From Deferribacteres bacterium (GTDB lineage: Bacteria > Zhuqueibacterota > Zhuqueibacteria > Zhuqueibacterales > Geothermadaptataceae): a stretch of 64,000 bases of DNA. Of this stretch, positions 1 to 8,986 are shown one piece after another; the first letter of the stretch is position 1; every line of letters starts with the position of its first letter. The stretch is taken from the NCBI GenBank assembly GCA_020633675.1, contig JACKDE010000002.1:624644-688643 (forward strand). The letters are read 5' to 3'. The position numbers were made by a program, and so were the translations under genes. The notes beneath the pieces were generated by a model. It was not told the DNA's origin, did no database searches, and was given only the letters and a program-made list of their open reading frames with translations.

Positions 1-143
1 GTAGCCAAATCCGCAGCAAGTTGAATATAAGCCCGACCTGTATATGTACAAACGGGGTAGAAATCACCTGGGCCTTCAAATGTGCAACAACGATTAACGA
101 AAGGCAGGGGCAACTGAGCGAGCGATTGGCTGTCTGTACGATT

Positions 144-662
144 TCAACCGACATCATGTGAGTGATCGAATTTTCTTCTGACCGAAAACAGTCTCAGCGA
201 AGTGAATAATGTCAGCAAGACTGACAAGGCAAAGCAATACAATCCATACTGCAAATCGATGCGGGCATTGATTTGAAATTTGATCGCATAAATGAGAATG
301 CCGACGAAAAGTGCGTCGAGCGCAAAATATTTCAAAAGCCTGGTAGTCAGGATCAATCTTTTTTTGATCTGCTCCAAGCCCGGAAGGTTGGCAGTCCAAA
401 CATGTGCAATTGTTGCCAATTTGGCTACTGGCAAGAGAATGCCAAACCCTAAAATAAATAGAAAGATAAGGTATTGTTTTTCAGAAATTAAATACAACAT
501 GATCGAGTAAAGGGATAGTGTTCTGCTGAAGAAGATGTATTTGTTAGCGGTAAACAGCGGCGCAAAAATCCCGACTAAAAACAATATCAGCGATGCTACA
601 ATGAAAACGCGACTGATTTTGTGCTCTTTCGGGTAGGTGTTTGCAAGAGAAATTTTGTTCAT
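144..662 (-). CDS. Integral membrane protein, possibly PqiA-like (paraquat-inducible protein A family, single repeat)
   Basis: 172-aa ORF with multiple hydrophobic helices. The segment FALDALFVGILIY resembles the PqiA SMLDVF motif. The downstream 1-143 region (same strand) may start an MCE/PqiB-like gene but is too short to call. Confidence 0.4.
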   Translation of the reverse strand: MNKISLANTYPKEHKISRVFIVASLILFLVGIFAPLFTANKYIFFSRTLSLYSIMLYLISEKQYLIFLFILGFGILLPVAKLATIAHVWTANLPGLEQIKKRLILTTRLLKYFALDALFVGILIYAIKFQINARIDLQYGLYCFALSVLLTLFTSLRLFSVRRKFDHSHDVG

Positions 663-892
663 GGTTTAGCAACAGAGTTTTTTTAATGAACAACGCGCGG
701 CTCGACGGGGCTGTGCGGCGAGTGGTAACCGGGCAACTACATATCGCAGCGTTGACTCTACACCTTATCCAAGCCTGCAGAACCGAAAATCGTGAAAATC
801 CGGCTTGAGCCGATGTTAGCTATCTAATGTAACATGGTCGTCTGCGAACATGCCTGATAGATTGTTAATCCAATTTCTGTATGCCTGCTTTT

Positions 893-2050
893 CTATCGAT
901 TGTTTCTATTTGTAGGTAGTACTAACCTTGACATTTTGTTCTTATAACGCACATATTGCATGGTGTGCATTGATTCTGGTGAATATGGATAAAACTGAGA
1001 CATATGTGTTCCTGAAATACCTCTCTCAAACTTAAAATTCATCATTTCGCGTTCAGATTCTGAAATATTCCTTGAGTCATTTTCATAAATGAATTCCAGA
1101 TTAGGATTAATGTTGAATCTAACAACAGTACTATCTTCATAGATATATGGATTTGTTGAAGGATAAAACATCCCAATGCCAAGTTCCCTGCTAAAGGCGA
1201 AAGACTTTCCGTGTATATTGGATAATCTACTTCTTGTTTTTGTACTATCCTTAATAAGATCAAGCCCGTCCAGCCACTTATGCAACTTTGTCGAGTCATT
1301 TGGGCTAATTGCTTTAATGCGGACAAAGTATTTGGCTAAGTAATCTACTTCGCCGTCACGGTTTATAAAATTTCCTTCGGGGACACAGATCCAGCCCAGC
1401 AATGATAAGCGACTTGATGAATTGGAACTCACTAAAGAGTGCCATTTTTTATCCAACTCGTAAAACTGAACCATAGATTCGTGAACATTATCTTGTATTT
1501 TAGCATGTTCAATAGATTTCCATAGCCTTTCATTCATGTGATACAAGTAAGTCAGTGACTGACTATTTGGGTAACGTTTTCTTTTTCTAATTTGATCAGG
1601 AAGCAAAGGCGCAAGTAACTCTCCCCAAATATTCAATTCCGCATTCGACTCTGAATAATCTGCAAGTGCATCGAATACTGCCATTCTCGCATCCACGGTC
1701 GAACTATCTGAGCTTGATAGGAAATGCCATAGCGCTCTGAAGCCTTCTTCTCGCTGGCTAGCCAATTTTTCAGCTGCGGAACCCGCAAGGCCGGGGATAA
1801 CGAGGTTTCGCTGCAATTGAACAGTTGATTCTGACCGCTTTTGAGATATCCAGTTGTTATACGTTATCATAGTTCCTACAAGCAGTCCAATGACGCCAAG
1901 TGATGTTGGTGTGATAAACTTATCTACGATTCTCCGCCATCCAGAGCTCCATTTTAGTTCATTCTCAATCTTTCTGCGTTCCAGAATCTCTTTGTCTTCC
2001 TGAGATTTCGGCTTTTCCCGCTTAGAACTTTTTCTATTTTTCATTTTCAT
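893..2050 (-). CDS. Hypothetical membrane-anchored protein (charged N-terminus, one TM helix, about 320-aa C-terminal domain of unknown family) in an AT-rich islet
   Basis: 385-aa ORF. The start MKMKNRKSS is preceded by an AT-rich promoter-like region. The K/E/R-rich N-terminus is followed by TM helix LGVIGLLVGTMITY. Local GC is clearly lower than the flanks. No recognisable catalytic motif. Confidence 0.6.
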   Translation of the reverse strand: MKMKNRKSSKREKPKSQEDKEILERRKIENELKWSSGWRRIVDKFITPTSLGVIGLLVGTMITYNNWISQKRSESTVQLQRNLVIPGLAGSAAEKLASQREEGFRALWHFLSSSDSSTVDARMAVFDALADYSESNAELNIWGELLAPLLPDQIRKRKRYPNSQSLTYLYHMNERLWKSIEHAKIQDNVHESMVQFYELDKKWHSLVSSNSSSRLSLLGWICVPEGNFINRDGEVDYLAKYFVRIKAISPNDSTKLHKWLDGLDLIKDSTKTRSRLSNIHGKSFAFSRELGIGMFYPSTNPYIYEDSTVVRFNINPNLEFIYENDSRNISESEREMMNFKFERGISGTHMSQFYPYSPESMHTMQYVRYKNKMSRLVLPTNRNNR

Positions 2051-2228
2051 CTATTTTGAGTATCCCAATCAAGTCGCACACTAAATATATATAAACTGAT
2101 CCGGTATAAAAGCTCGGACCTGAAATTATTGCCGAGGTAATACTGTAGTCATGGTTTATGGCAGCGTAAAGTAACTATTAGACTATAGTTTGTTGAAAAT
2201 TGAATTTGTAGCATGGAGTGACATGGAT

Positions 2229-2349
2229 TCCCCCTTCGAGAACCACATTTCCTGTGAACTATGGCAAAAATATTGGCAATTGCGGCAGGAATGTCAAGCA
2301 AAATGAGGCGGAAGCTATTAGGCCGTGCCCAAGGCTGTGAGTATTTCAT
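2229..2349. other. Copy A of a paralogous ~110-nt intergenic element; contains the minus-strand small ORF 2149-2349 (MKYSQPWARPNSFRLILLDIPAAIANIFAI...)
   Basis: Nucleotide similarity to 4942-5062. Shared blocks are cccc(t)ttcgagaa, aaaatattgGcaat/aaaatattgCcaat, gaatgtcaagc and ggcCgtg/ggcgtg. The minus-strand translation shares the peptide motif L-L-x-L-D-I-x-x-x-I-x-N-I-F-A. Confidence 0.35.
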
Positions 2350-2503
2350 TGAAGGGATTTTTATGAAGCCATTGTGATTGAACTTTCATCGTAATCCTTT
2401 GGAAGCAAGGTCTGAGTGTGCTCTGGAATTCTTCAATAGGCGGTTTGATTAATACATTGGCGATTTGTTGTACTTCTTCTGCCAACAAATTCCAAACTAT
2501 AGA

Positions 2504-3889
2504 CTACCTCGCTGCCTCCAAAAGAGCATCACATTTCATTCGCATCTCATTCAGCAGATCCTGAGAATCAGAGTTGGTGGCCAGGTTATATTGTTCGTGG
2601 GGGTCTGTTTGTAAATCATACAACTCTTCAAACATAGGCGTCGATTCAATATAGCGGAGATATTTGTAGCGTTGCGTCACCACGCCTTCTGATTTTGGAA
2701 TGGTTGGATACTCGAACAGGTGTTCATAGAAAAATTCATCCCGCCACGCAGGCGACTTCGCATCGATAAGTGATCGAAGGCTTCTGCCCTGCATTGTTGC
2801 TGGAATATCCGCGCCGGCAAGATCAAGCAAGGTTGGCGCAATATCGATATTCAGCGCCATCTCATCCCGCTTCTGCCCCCTTTTTGACTGCGGCAGACGG
2901 GGATCGTAGACGACCAATGGTACACGAATGGATTCTTCGTGACCGTACCATTTTCCAGCCATGCCGTGTTCACCGAGGTAAAAACCATTGTCACCCATCA
3001 AAATAATGACGGTGTTGTTGGCCTGACCTGATTTTTCCAATTCCTTGCGAATTTGGCCAATCACGACATCCACACCATAGATCAGGCGGTAGTACCCCTT
3101 CACGGATTCCTGGAATTTTTCTGGAGTGGAGAATCGAATATCCCATCGCCTGCGGGCTTCATTGTTGCTGGTAAAAAAATCAGGAAAAGCATCATAGAAA
3201 TAGCTGTCGTCAGCCGTATTGGGTATAGGAATCTCTACGTCATTGTACAGGTCTTTGTAGGCTGGATCGTAGATAAATTGCCTGGGATCGTTGTCCTGTA
3301 CATGTGGTGCCTTAAAGCTGATCGACAAGCAAAAAGGCTGGCCGGCCGTGGAGCTTTGCAAAAATTCGAGGGCGTTTTCACCGCACATTTGGGTGTAATG
3401 CTTATAGTTGCCGTTCTCATCTTTGTGCTCATAAGTGGGTTGGCCGGTCATTGCCTGCCAGTAATCATATTGATCAACTGGTGGATTGCCAACGCCGTAC
3501 TTGCCGATAAAGCCGATACGGTAGCCTGCTTTTTTGAGCAGCAGAGGATAGGTGTTGACATTCGCTGCATCAGGTAGTTCCCCAAATCCTGCCATACCAT
3601 GACGGCGGACATATTGGCCAGTCAGGATACTCGCACGGCTCGGTGCGCAAATCGCGGTGGTCACGAAGGCATTTTGAAAGAGAACACCTTCGTTTGCCAG
3701 CGCATCCATATTCGGCGTTTGAATGATCTGATTTCCCATGCTGCCCATCGCATCCCAGCGCTGATCATCTGTCAGCAAAAAGATGATGTTGGGTTGCTTT
3801 TGTGCTTGCTGACATCCTGCAGAATACAGGCAGGCGATTGCCGCGAAGAACCCCCAAATAAGCTTTTTCATCGTTTCACTTCGATTCAA
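2504..3889 (-). CDS. Sulfatase (arylsulfatase family), secreted lipoprotein
   Basis: Signal peptide with lipobox (YSAGC). Canonical formylglycine motif CAPSRASILTG. LLTDDQRWD metal-binding N-terminus. 461 aa. Confidence 0.9.
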   Translation of the reverse strand: MNRSETMKKLIWGFFAAIACLYSAGCQQAQKQPNIIFLLTDDQRWDAMGSMGNQIIQTPNMDALANEGVLFQNAFVTTAICAPSRASILTGQYVRRHGMAGFGELPDAANVNTYPLLLKKAGYRIGFIGKYGVGNPPVDQYDYWQAMTGQPTYEHKDENGNYKHYTQMCGENALEFLQSSTAGQPFCLSISFKAPHVQDNDPRQFIYDPAYKDLYNDVEIPIPNTADDSYFYDAFPDFFTSNNEARRRWDIRFSTPEKFQESVKGYYRLIYGVDVVIGQIRKELEKSGQANNTVIILMGDNGFYLGEHGMAGKWYGHEESIRVPLVVYDPRLPQSKRGQKRDEMALNIDIAPTLLDLAGADIPATMQGRSLRSLIDAKSPAWRDEFFYEHLFEYPTIPKSEGVVTQRYKYLRYIESTPMFEELYDLQTDPHEQYNLATNSDSQDLLNEMRMKCDALLEAAR

Positions 3890-3910
3890 AGTTTCTCCTC
3901 ATTGCGTTTT

Positions 3911-4705
3911 TTACTCTAACAATTCAAGAGTGACCAGATAGGCACAGTGATCTGAAGCTATGGCATTTTGAATGACCTGAGTTTCAACGACTTTCCATTT
4001 ATCCATTGGATAGAACATCACATAGTCAATTTTAACCTGAGGATTGTCAGATGGAAATGTTGGTTCGGGATCGGCTTTATCATAGGATGCTGCCCAGACT
4101 TCTTCAAGAATGCCAATGGGTGTGCTCTGTGGTTTTGCGTTTAAATCTCCCGCCAGGATAGTCGGATATTTATTCTTAGAGAAGACTTCATTAATCTTCT
4201 TCACCTGAGCGACTCTGTCTTTTTCATCTGGCAAGTGATCCAGGTGCGTTCCAATAAATGCAATCGTGTCTCCCGATGAAAGCACAGTCGTGATTTCGAT
4301 GGCCGCTCTGGGTTCATTCTCTGGCGAATGGGGGAGAGCAACATTTCTGAAGCTTAGAAATGTGTATTTTGAAAGTATCCCTTCACCGTATTCTCCACCG
4401 TCATAATACATCGCTCTGCCAAAGATTGAAGCCATTTTTGCACGCCAGCCAAGTTCGGTTGCCAGGTCATATTTCTTGGCTCGATTGGTTTTATAATCCA
4501 CTTCCTGCAAGGCAACAAAATCCGGCTCGGCATCGATAATGACATCTGCGATCGCGTCCAGATCAAAATCACCTTTTGTCGTTTCGCCATGAAGAATGTT
4601 AAACGATAGGACTTTTATCAATTTGCTATCATGACCAACTTCTTGTGACCAAAGCGAATTGTTGCCGATCAGGAGCATCAAGAGTATTGGTAGAGTCGGT
4701 TTCAT
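3911..4705 (-). CDS. Endonuclease/exonuclease/phosphatase (EEP) family protein, secreted
   Basis: Signal peptide. LSFNILHGETT...DFVALQEVD signature of the EEP fold. Immediately upstream of, and co-oriented with, the sulfatase gene. Confidence 0.8.
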   Translation of the reverse strand: MKPTLPILLMLLIGNNSLWSQEVGHDSKLIKVLSFNILHGETTKGDFDLDAIADVIIDAEPDFVALQEVDYKTNRAKKYDLATELGWRAKMASIFGRAMYYDGGEYGEGILSKYTFLSFRNVALPHSPENEPRAAIEITTVLSSGDTIAFIGTHLDHLPDEKDRVAQVKKINEVFSKNKYPTILAGDLNAKPQSTPIGILEEVWAASYDKADPEPTFPSDNPQVKIDYVMFYPMDKWKVVETQVIQNAIASDHCAYLVTLELLE

Positions 4706-4941
4706 GCATCTATCCTAAAATAATCAACTGGTTTTGTCTTCGGTACCAAGGGATAACATATGATTTGACCGTCTAAAATTGAATCTGCAGGCTGAGTAAA
4801 TTCTTTCGCGATTGGACTGTCAATACTTGCTGATCTCTTTGTATCTGCATATGCAAAAAAATGCCGCGCCATCACTATTTGCGGTAAGTATGAGATCGGT
4901 TTGGTTGCAAAATAGCTTTATTAAAAGGTGCGGGGTAGACT

Positions 4942-5062
4942 GCCCCTTTGAGAATAGTCATATTATAATCAGGGCGAAAATATTGCCAATCGTGGAAAGA
5001 ATGTCAAGCGAAAGAAGCTGAAGGCATTTGCGGCGTGACCTCCCCCCATAGGGCGTGCTCAT
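4942..5062. other. Copy B of the paralogous intergenic element; contains minus-strand 34-aa ORF 4958-5062 (MSTPYGGRSRRKCLQLLSLDILSTIGNIFALIII)
   Basis: See copy A. The small ORF starts 13 residues before the conserved hydrophobic motif, as in copy A, and ends directly after NIFALIII. It lies about 250 nt upstream (same strand) of the EEP gene start. Confidence 0.35.
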
Positions 5063-5096
5063 CGTAAAAAGCACCCCTTTGCACAATTCATCCAGG

Positions 5097-5972
5097 CTAA
5101 AAGATGGTCTCGCGGCCATCTTTGGCAATGCGCCGGAGGCGCGTTTTGTTGCTGCTGGAAAATTCCAGGATCCACAGCGCACCGTCGTCGGCGAGCAAGC
5201 CGCCCGCCGGTGACCACATGCCTTTGCTGCGCACAACAGCGCTCACCTGGCCATCTGCCGTGATTTTTTTCACCACCTGCCCGCGATAGACCGCCACATA
5301 CACCTCGCCAGCTTTGCCCGGCCAGAGCCCCATCAGCGCATGGCGGTCGTGCACGAATGCGAAGGGCAAACTGCGCTCAACCAGTCCATCAGCTACTTTT
5401 GAGACAGCCTTTGCATTTGGTGCTATTTTGAGCAATGCGTCTCCGACAGTGAAATAGGCAGTGCCGTCCGGTAGCGCCATCAGCCAGTGCGGAAAGCCTT
5501 CAAATTGACCATACCCGATGCTGCGAAGCAATTTGCCTTGCTCATCACGCACATCGATTTTTTTGTCAGCGTGACGCAAGATATAGGAATGCAATTCGGC
5601 ATCACGGGCAAACGCGTAGTCAGCCAACTCGGTGGGGTGGCCACTGCGCCAGGGAATCTCATCTTCGATGCGCCCGTCAGGATGCCGCTTCCACACACGG
5701 TGGCGATAGTTGTCACCACTATTGGTCACGTCTTCACCGAACAGCACATCTTCAGCTGACAGCCACAGTTCGTGGGTATGCACATTGGCTACGGCGATGG
5801 TTTTGCTGCCATCCGGCTGAATCATCCAGACATTTTTCAGGTCGCTGTAAAAGATATTGCCGCGACTGTCCATCACCAGGGAAACGGGCGGGTGCGCCAT
5901 TGCTGGTAAATCCCATGCTGCTGTAGTCAAACCAAGCCAGATAAAGATTCGCGAGAAACGTTTTCGATACAT
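5097..5972 (-). CDS. Secreted beta-propeller protein (NHL/SMP-30-like repeats)
   Basis: Signal peptide MYRKRFSRIFIWLGLTTAAWDLPAMA. Repeated hydrophobic/Gly/Asp beta-strand pattern (NIFYSD, GALWILEF) typical of 6-bladed propellers. 291 aa. Confidence 0.5.
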   Translation of the reverse strand: MYRKRFSRIFIWLGLTTAAWDLPAMAHPPVSLVMDSRGNIFYSDLKNVWMIQPDGSKTIAVANVHTHELWLSAEDVLFGEDVTNSGDNYRHRVWKRHPDGRIEDEIPWRSGHPTELADYAFARDAELHSYILRHADKKIDVRDEQGKLLRSIGYGQFEGFPHWLMALPDGTAYFTVGDALLKIAPNAKAVSKVADGLVERSLPFAFVHDRHALMGLWPGKAGEVYVAVYRGQVVKKITADGQVSAVVRSKGMWSPAGGLLADDGALWILEFSSSNKTRLRRIAKDGRETIF

Positions 5973-6168
5973 CTTTGGCCCCTAAAATTGCAATGAACGA
6001 ATGGCAAGGCATACTGGCTTGGCGCTGAAGAGTTGCATGACAGGAGATGAGCGTGCTGAAAACGCTGGCCAAAGTACGGCCACAAACAAAAAGAGCAAGA
6101 CACAGAACGCGTATCTTGCTCTTTGGCGTGAGTTCGACGTAGGCTATTTTCTATTGAAAATAGAATGA

Positions 6169-6204
6169 TCTTCATGGTGAGCGCAATCGAACCATGAAGA
6201 TTTT
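6169..6204. terminator. Bidirectional rho-independent terminator-like hairpin downstream of ferritin
   Basis: tcttcatggt-gagcgcaatcga-accatgaaga forms a 10-bp stem with a 12-nt loop, followed by tttt on the plus strand and a T-rich tract on the minus strand. Confidence 0.5.
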
Positions 6205-6315
6205 GAGCGCGTAGTGCAGGAACTTCTTATCGCCCTCGACTGCATTCGGGCTGAAGAATTCGATGTTTTAATTATATTGAACTCAAGTTCTTAAAAATCA
6301 GCGGAGCCTGCAAAT

Positions 6316-6825
6316 TTATTTGTCTTCGCTTTCGGGTGAGCGGCTGGCCAACTGTTGGTCCAGCACAATCAGGGCGGAGGTGTTGTCACCGATCATCTTA
6401 ACCTGGGCCAAAATATCGGAGGCGGTTTTTTCCTCTTCGACCTGCTCGTTGATGAACCATTGCAGCATGACTTGCGTCGGGTAGTCTTTTTCTTCCACCG
6501 CCAGCGCATACAGTTCGTTGATCATTTGGGAAATGGTTTTTTCGTGCTCGAGTGTTTCTTTGAAAACCTCCACCAGCGAACCATACTGGCTTTCAGGCTG
6601 GGGAATGGCTTTGAGAACCACATGGCCTTCGCGATCCTGAATATAATTGAAGATCTTCATCGCATGGCCGTATTCTTCCTGACTTTGCATGCGCAGCCAA
6701 TGTGCAAAGCCAGCCAAATTTTGCTCATCGCAATAAGCGGACATCGCCAGATAAACGAATGAAGATGAGAATTCATTTTTAATTTGCTCGTTGAGCGCAT
6801 TTTCCATTTTTGTGCTCAGCATCAT
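6316..6825 (-). CDS. Ferritin (non-heme, Ftn-like)
   Basis: Ferritin-like diiron residues (E...EExH pattern: NEQIKNEF, SQEEYGHAMK, NEQVEEE). The start is corrected to the internal MMLSTK, which has a GGAAAG RBS. The upstream part of the 208-aa ORF is not ferritin-like. Confidence 0.85.
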   Translation of the reverse strand: MMLSTKMENALNEQIKNEFSSSFVYLAMSAYCDEQNLAGFAHWLRMQSQEEYGHAMKIFNYIQDREGHVVLKAIPQPESQYGSLVEVFKETLEHEKTISQMINELYALAVEEKDYPTQVMLQWFINEQVEEEKTASDILAQVKMIGDNTSALIVLDQQLASRSPESEDK

Positions 6826-6992
6826 GTTTCCTTTCTCTGATAACAGGTTCGAATATTTTGAGATGCCGGTGTGCTTGCTGCTGGAGAGCGTCGGACATGT
6901 TCGCAAGCATCGACTCCATGATAATACGATAAAAGTGCACATAAAAAAAGGCCATTTCCTGTTTGCGAAATGGCCTTTTGAAAACAGATTTG

Positions 6993-7550
6993 CTAAAACA
7001 GCTTGAGTTTTTTAACCATCTTTTTCAAGCGTCTGCCAAATTTAACCGGTGTGATACGAATGTGGCGCTCTTCACCTTCGCCAAAAGAGTTGGTTTCGAC
7101 ACTCTCCACGGATTTGAGCGCATCGTGGATAAGGAAACGCTCGTAATTGCTCATCGGTGGCAGATCGATTTCGGCGCCAGTGTCCAACGCTTCCTGGGCC
7201 TTTTCCTCGGCATATTTTTTAATTTGGCCGACCGGGAAAACCCACAGCAGGTACTCTTCACCATTGCGGTAGGTTTTGGTCTCGAAGTCAGATTTGTTAT
7301 CAAAGAACTGATGAATGCGTTTGCGTTCGTAGGCATTGAGATCTTCTAAACAGATGGCTTGCGTGGAATGCTCGAGCATTTCCTGTGCATTCCGTATCAG
7401 GCTCTGGATTTTTTGATCATCCTGCCTGTTGCGTCCAAATCTTCCGCCATCCCGATCACGGCGAAATGACCTGCCGCCTCTGCCACCACCTCTGCGGTCG
7501 CGACGCTCGCCTCCGGAACGATCCGATGTTCTGGTATTCTGTTCCCTCAT
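6993..7550 (-). CDS. R3H-domain nucleic-acid-binding protein with Arg/Gly-rich N-terminus
   Basis: C-terminal ERFLIHDALKSVESVETNSFGEGEERHIRITP matches the R3H consensus (R-x3-H ... G ... R-x-I-x-I). N-terminal RGG/RDR-rich disordered segment. Confidence 0.5.
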   Translation of the reverse strand: MREQNTRTSDRSGGERRDRRGGGRGGRSFRRDRDGGRFGRNRQDDQKIQSLIRNAQEMLEHSTQAICLEDLNAYERKRIHQFFDNKSDFETKTYRNGEEYLLWVFPVGQIKKYAEEKAQEALDTGAEIDLPPMSNYERFLIHDALKSVESVETNSFGEGEERHIRITPVKFGRRLKKMVKKLKLF

Positions 7551-7560
7551 TTTCTACACC

Positions 7561-8979
7561 TCATTGTTGATGTATGTTAGACAGCGCCTCGACGAAGCGA
7601 CCAGGGATACCGTCAAAACTTCCATTGCTCATGAAAATGAAAACATCGCCGGGCCTGGCTTCCGTTGGAAGATAGCTCAGCAGATCCTCATTTTGTGAGA
7701 CTGAACGCGCAGAAATGCCACGTTCATGCAATGCATTTATAATATTCGGAATCGACATTCTTTCAGATTCCGGCACTTTGTCCGGTCTGTGCATTGCTGC
7801 AAAAATAACCTGATCCGCCTCGTCAAAGGCATGATAGTACGTTAATTCAAAAACTTTTCTTTTCGCTGAAGCGGTGCGCGGCTCAAAAATCGCCCAGATG
7901 CGACGATCCGGGAAGCGCAAACGCACACCTTCAAGCGTTTCTTTTACTGCTGTGGCATGATGTGCAAAATCTTCAAATACAAGCACATCGCCGATTTCGC
8001 CGAGCTTGTCCATCCGTCGCCGCACGCCTTGAAACGAATGCACTCCCGAAGCGATTTGATCCGGTGAAAGTCCAAGCAGGGTTGCGGAGATAAAGCTGGC
8101 CAGCACATTGCGGACATTGTGCATGCCCATCATCGGCGATTGAATGTGGCAGACTGGCTCGTGATTGTGCTCGATAGTGAACGCAGTGCCATTGCCATCG
8201 AACTGGATTTCACTCGCCCGCCAGGCAGCCTTTTCCGAAAGCCCGAACAGTTGCACGTTTGAAAAAGCTTTTTGCAGCAGCTCAGCCACTACCGCGTCGT
8301 CTGCGTTGGCAACAATGTGACCTTTCCCCGGCACAATGTTGATCAGCCGGCGAAATGCTGTTTTTATTTCTGTGAGATCCTTGTAAATGTCGGCATGATC
8401 AAATTCAATATTGTTTATTATAAGCAAATCCGGCCGATAATGCAAAAATTTTGGGCCTTTGTCAAAAAAAGCACTGTCGTATTCATCGCCTTCAGAAACG
8501 AAATGCCGGCCATCGCTGAGCTGAAATCCCTGTTTGAAATTTTCCGGAAGGCCACCGACAAAAAAACTCGGATTTTGACCGGCGGCTTCCAAAATCCACG
8601 CCAGTAAAGACGTGGTGGTTGTTTTGCCATGCGTCCCTGTTACGACGCATGAGTATTTTCCGCGGATAAAAAAGTCGCTGAGGGCAGCAGGCATGGAGAG
8701 AAAGTCAAGCTTGTGGTTGAGAATGTGCTCAACTTCGGGATTGCCTCGCGAAAGCGCATTGCCGATGATGACCAAATCCGGTTTTGCTGCCTCGATATTG
8801 GTTACGTTGAAGCCGGCATACACAGGAATGTTTTGGCTCGCGAGAAAGGTGCTCATCGGTGGGTAGGCGTTTTCATCCGAACCGGATACAATATAGCCCT
8901 GGCTTTTGAGCATGGCTGCAAGCGCTGCCATACCGGTGCCACAGATGCCGAGCAGGTATATGTTTTTAGCTGTATTCAA
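7561..8979 (-). CDS. mpl: UDP-N-acetylmuramate:L-alanyl-gamma-D-glutamyl-meso-DAP ligase (Mpl, murein peptide ligase)
   Basis: LLGICGTGMAALA...YPPMSTFL...GTHGKTTTTSLLAWIL, the Mpl-type variant of the Mur-ligase N-terminus and P-loop. The 339-nt N-terminal extension of the ORF-track call overlaps rodZ and is non-homologous. A TTG start at 8979 is proposed. Confidence 0.7.
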   Translation of the reverse strand: MNTAKNIYLLGICGTGMAALAAMLKSQGYIVSGSDENAYPPMSTFLASQNIPVYAGFNVTNIEAAKPDLVIIGNALSRGNPEVEHILNHKLDFLSMPAALSDFFIRGKYSCVVTGTHGKTTTTSLLAWILEAAGQNPSFFVGGLPENFKQGFQLSDGRHFVSEGDEYDSAFFDKGPKFLHYRPDLLIINNIEFDHADIYKDLTEIKTAFRRLINIVPGKGHIVANADDAVVAELLQKAFSNVQLFGLSEKAAWRASEIQFDGNGTAFTIEHNHEPVCHIQSPMMGMHNVRNVLASFISATLLGLSPDQIASGVHSFQGVRRRMDKLGEIGDVLVFEDFAHHATAVKETLEGVRLRFPDRRIWAIFEPRTASAKRKVFELTYYHAFDEADQVIFAAMHRPDKVPESERMSIPNIINALHERGISARSVSQNEDLLSYLPTEARPGDVFIFMSNGSFDGIPGRFVEALSNIHQQ

Positions 8980-8986
8980 ATGCTTC

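Noticed and set aside
1-143. Possible 5' end of an MCE/PqiB-like gene on the minus strand (GTG...VISTPFVHIQVGLIFNLLRIWL)
   Set aside because: Only about 25 codons are visible, with no diagnostic motif. Suggested only by adjacency to the PqiA-like gene.
663-830. GC-rich segment (gcggctcgacggggctgtgcggcgagtggtaaccgggc...) next to the AT-rich islet, examined as a possible tRNA or tmRNA fragment serving as an integration site
   Set aside because: No cloverleaf, no T-loop GTTCGAATC-like sequence, and no matching direct repeat on the far side of the islet.
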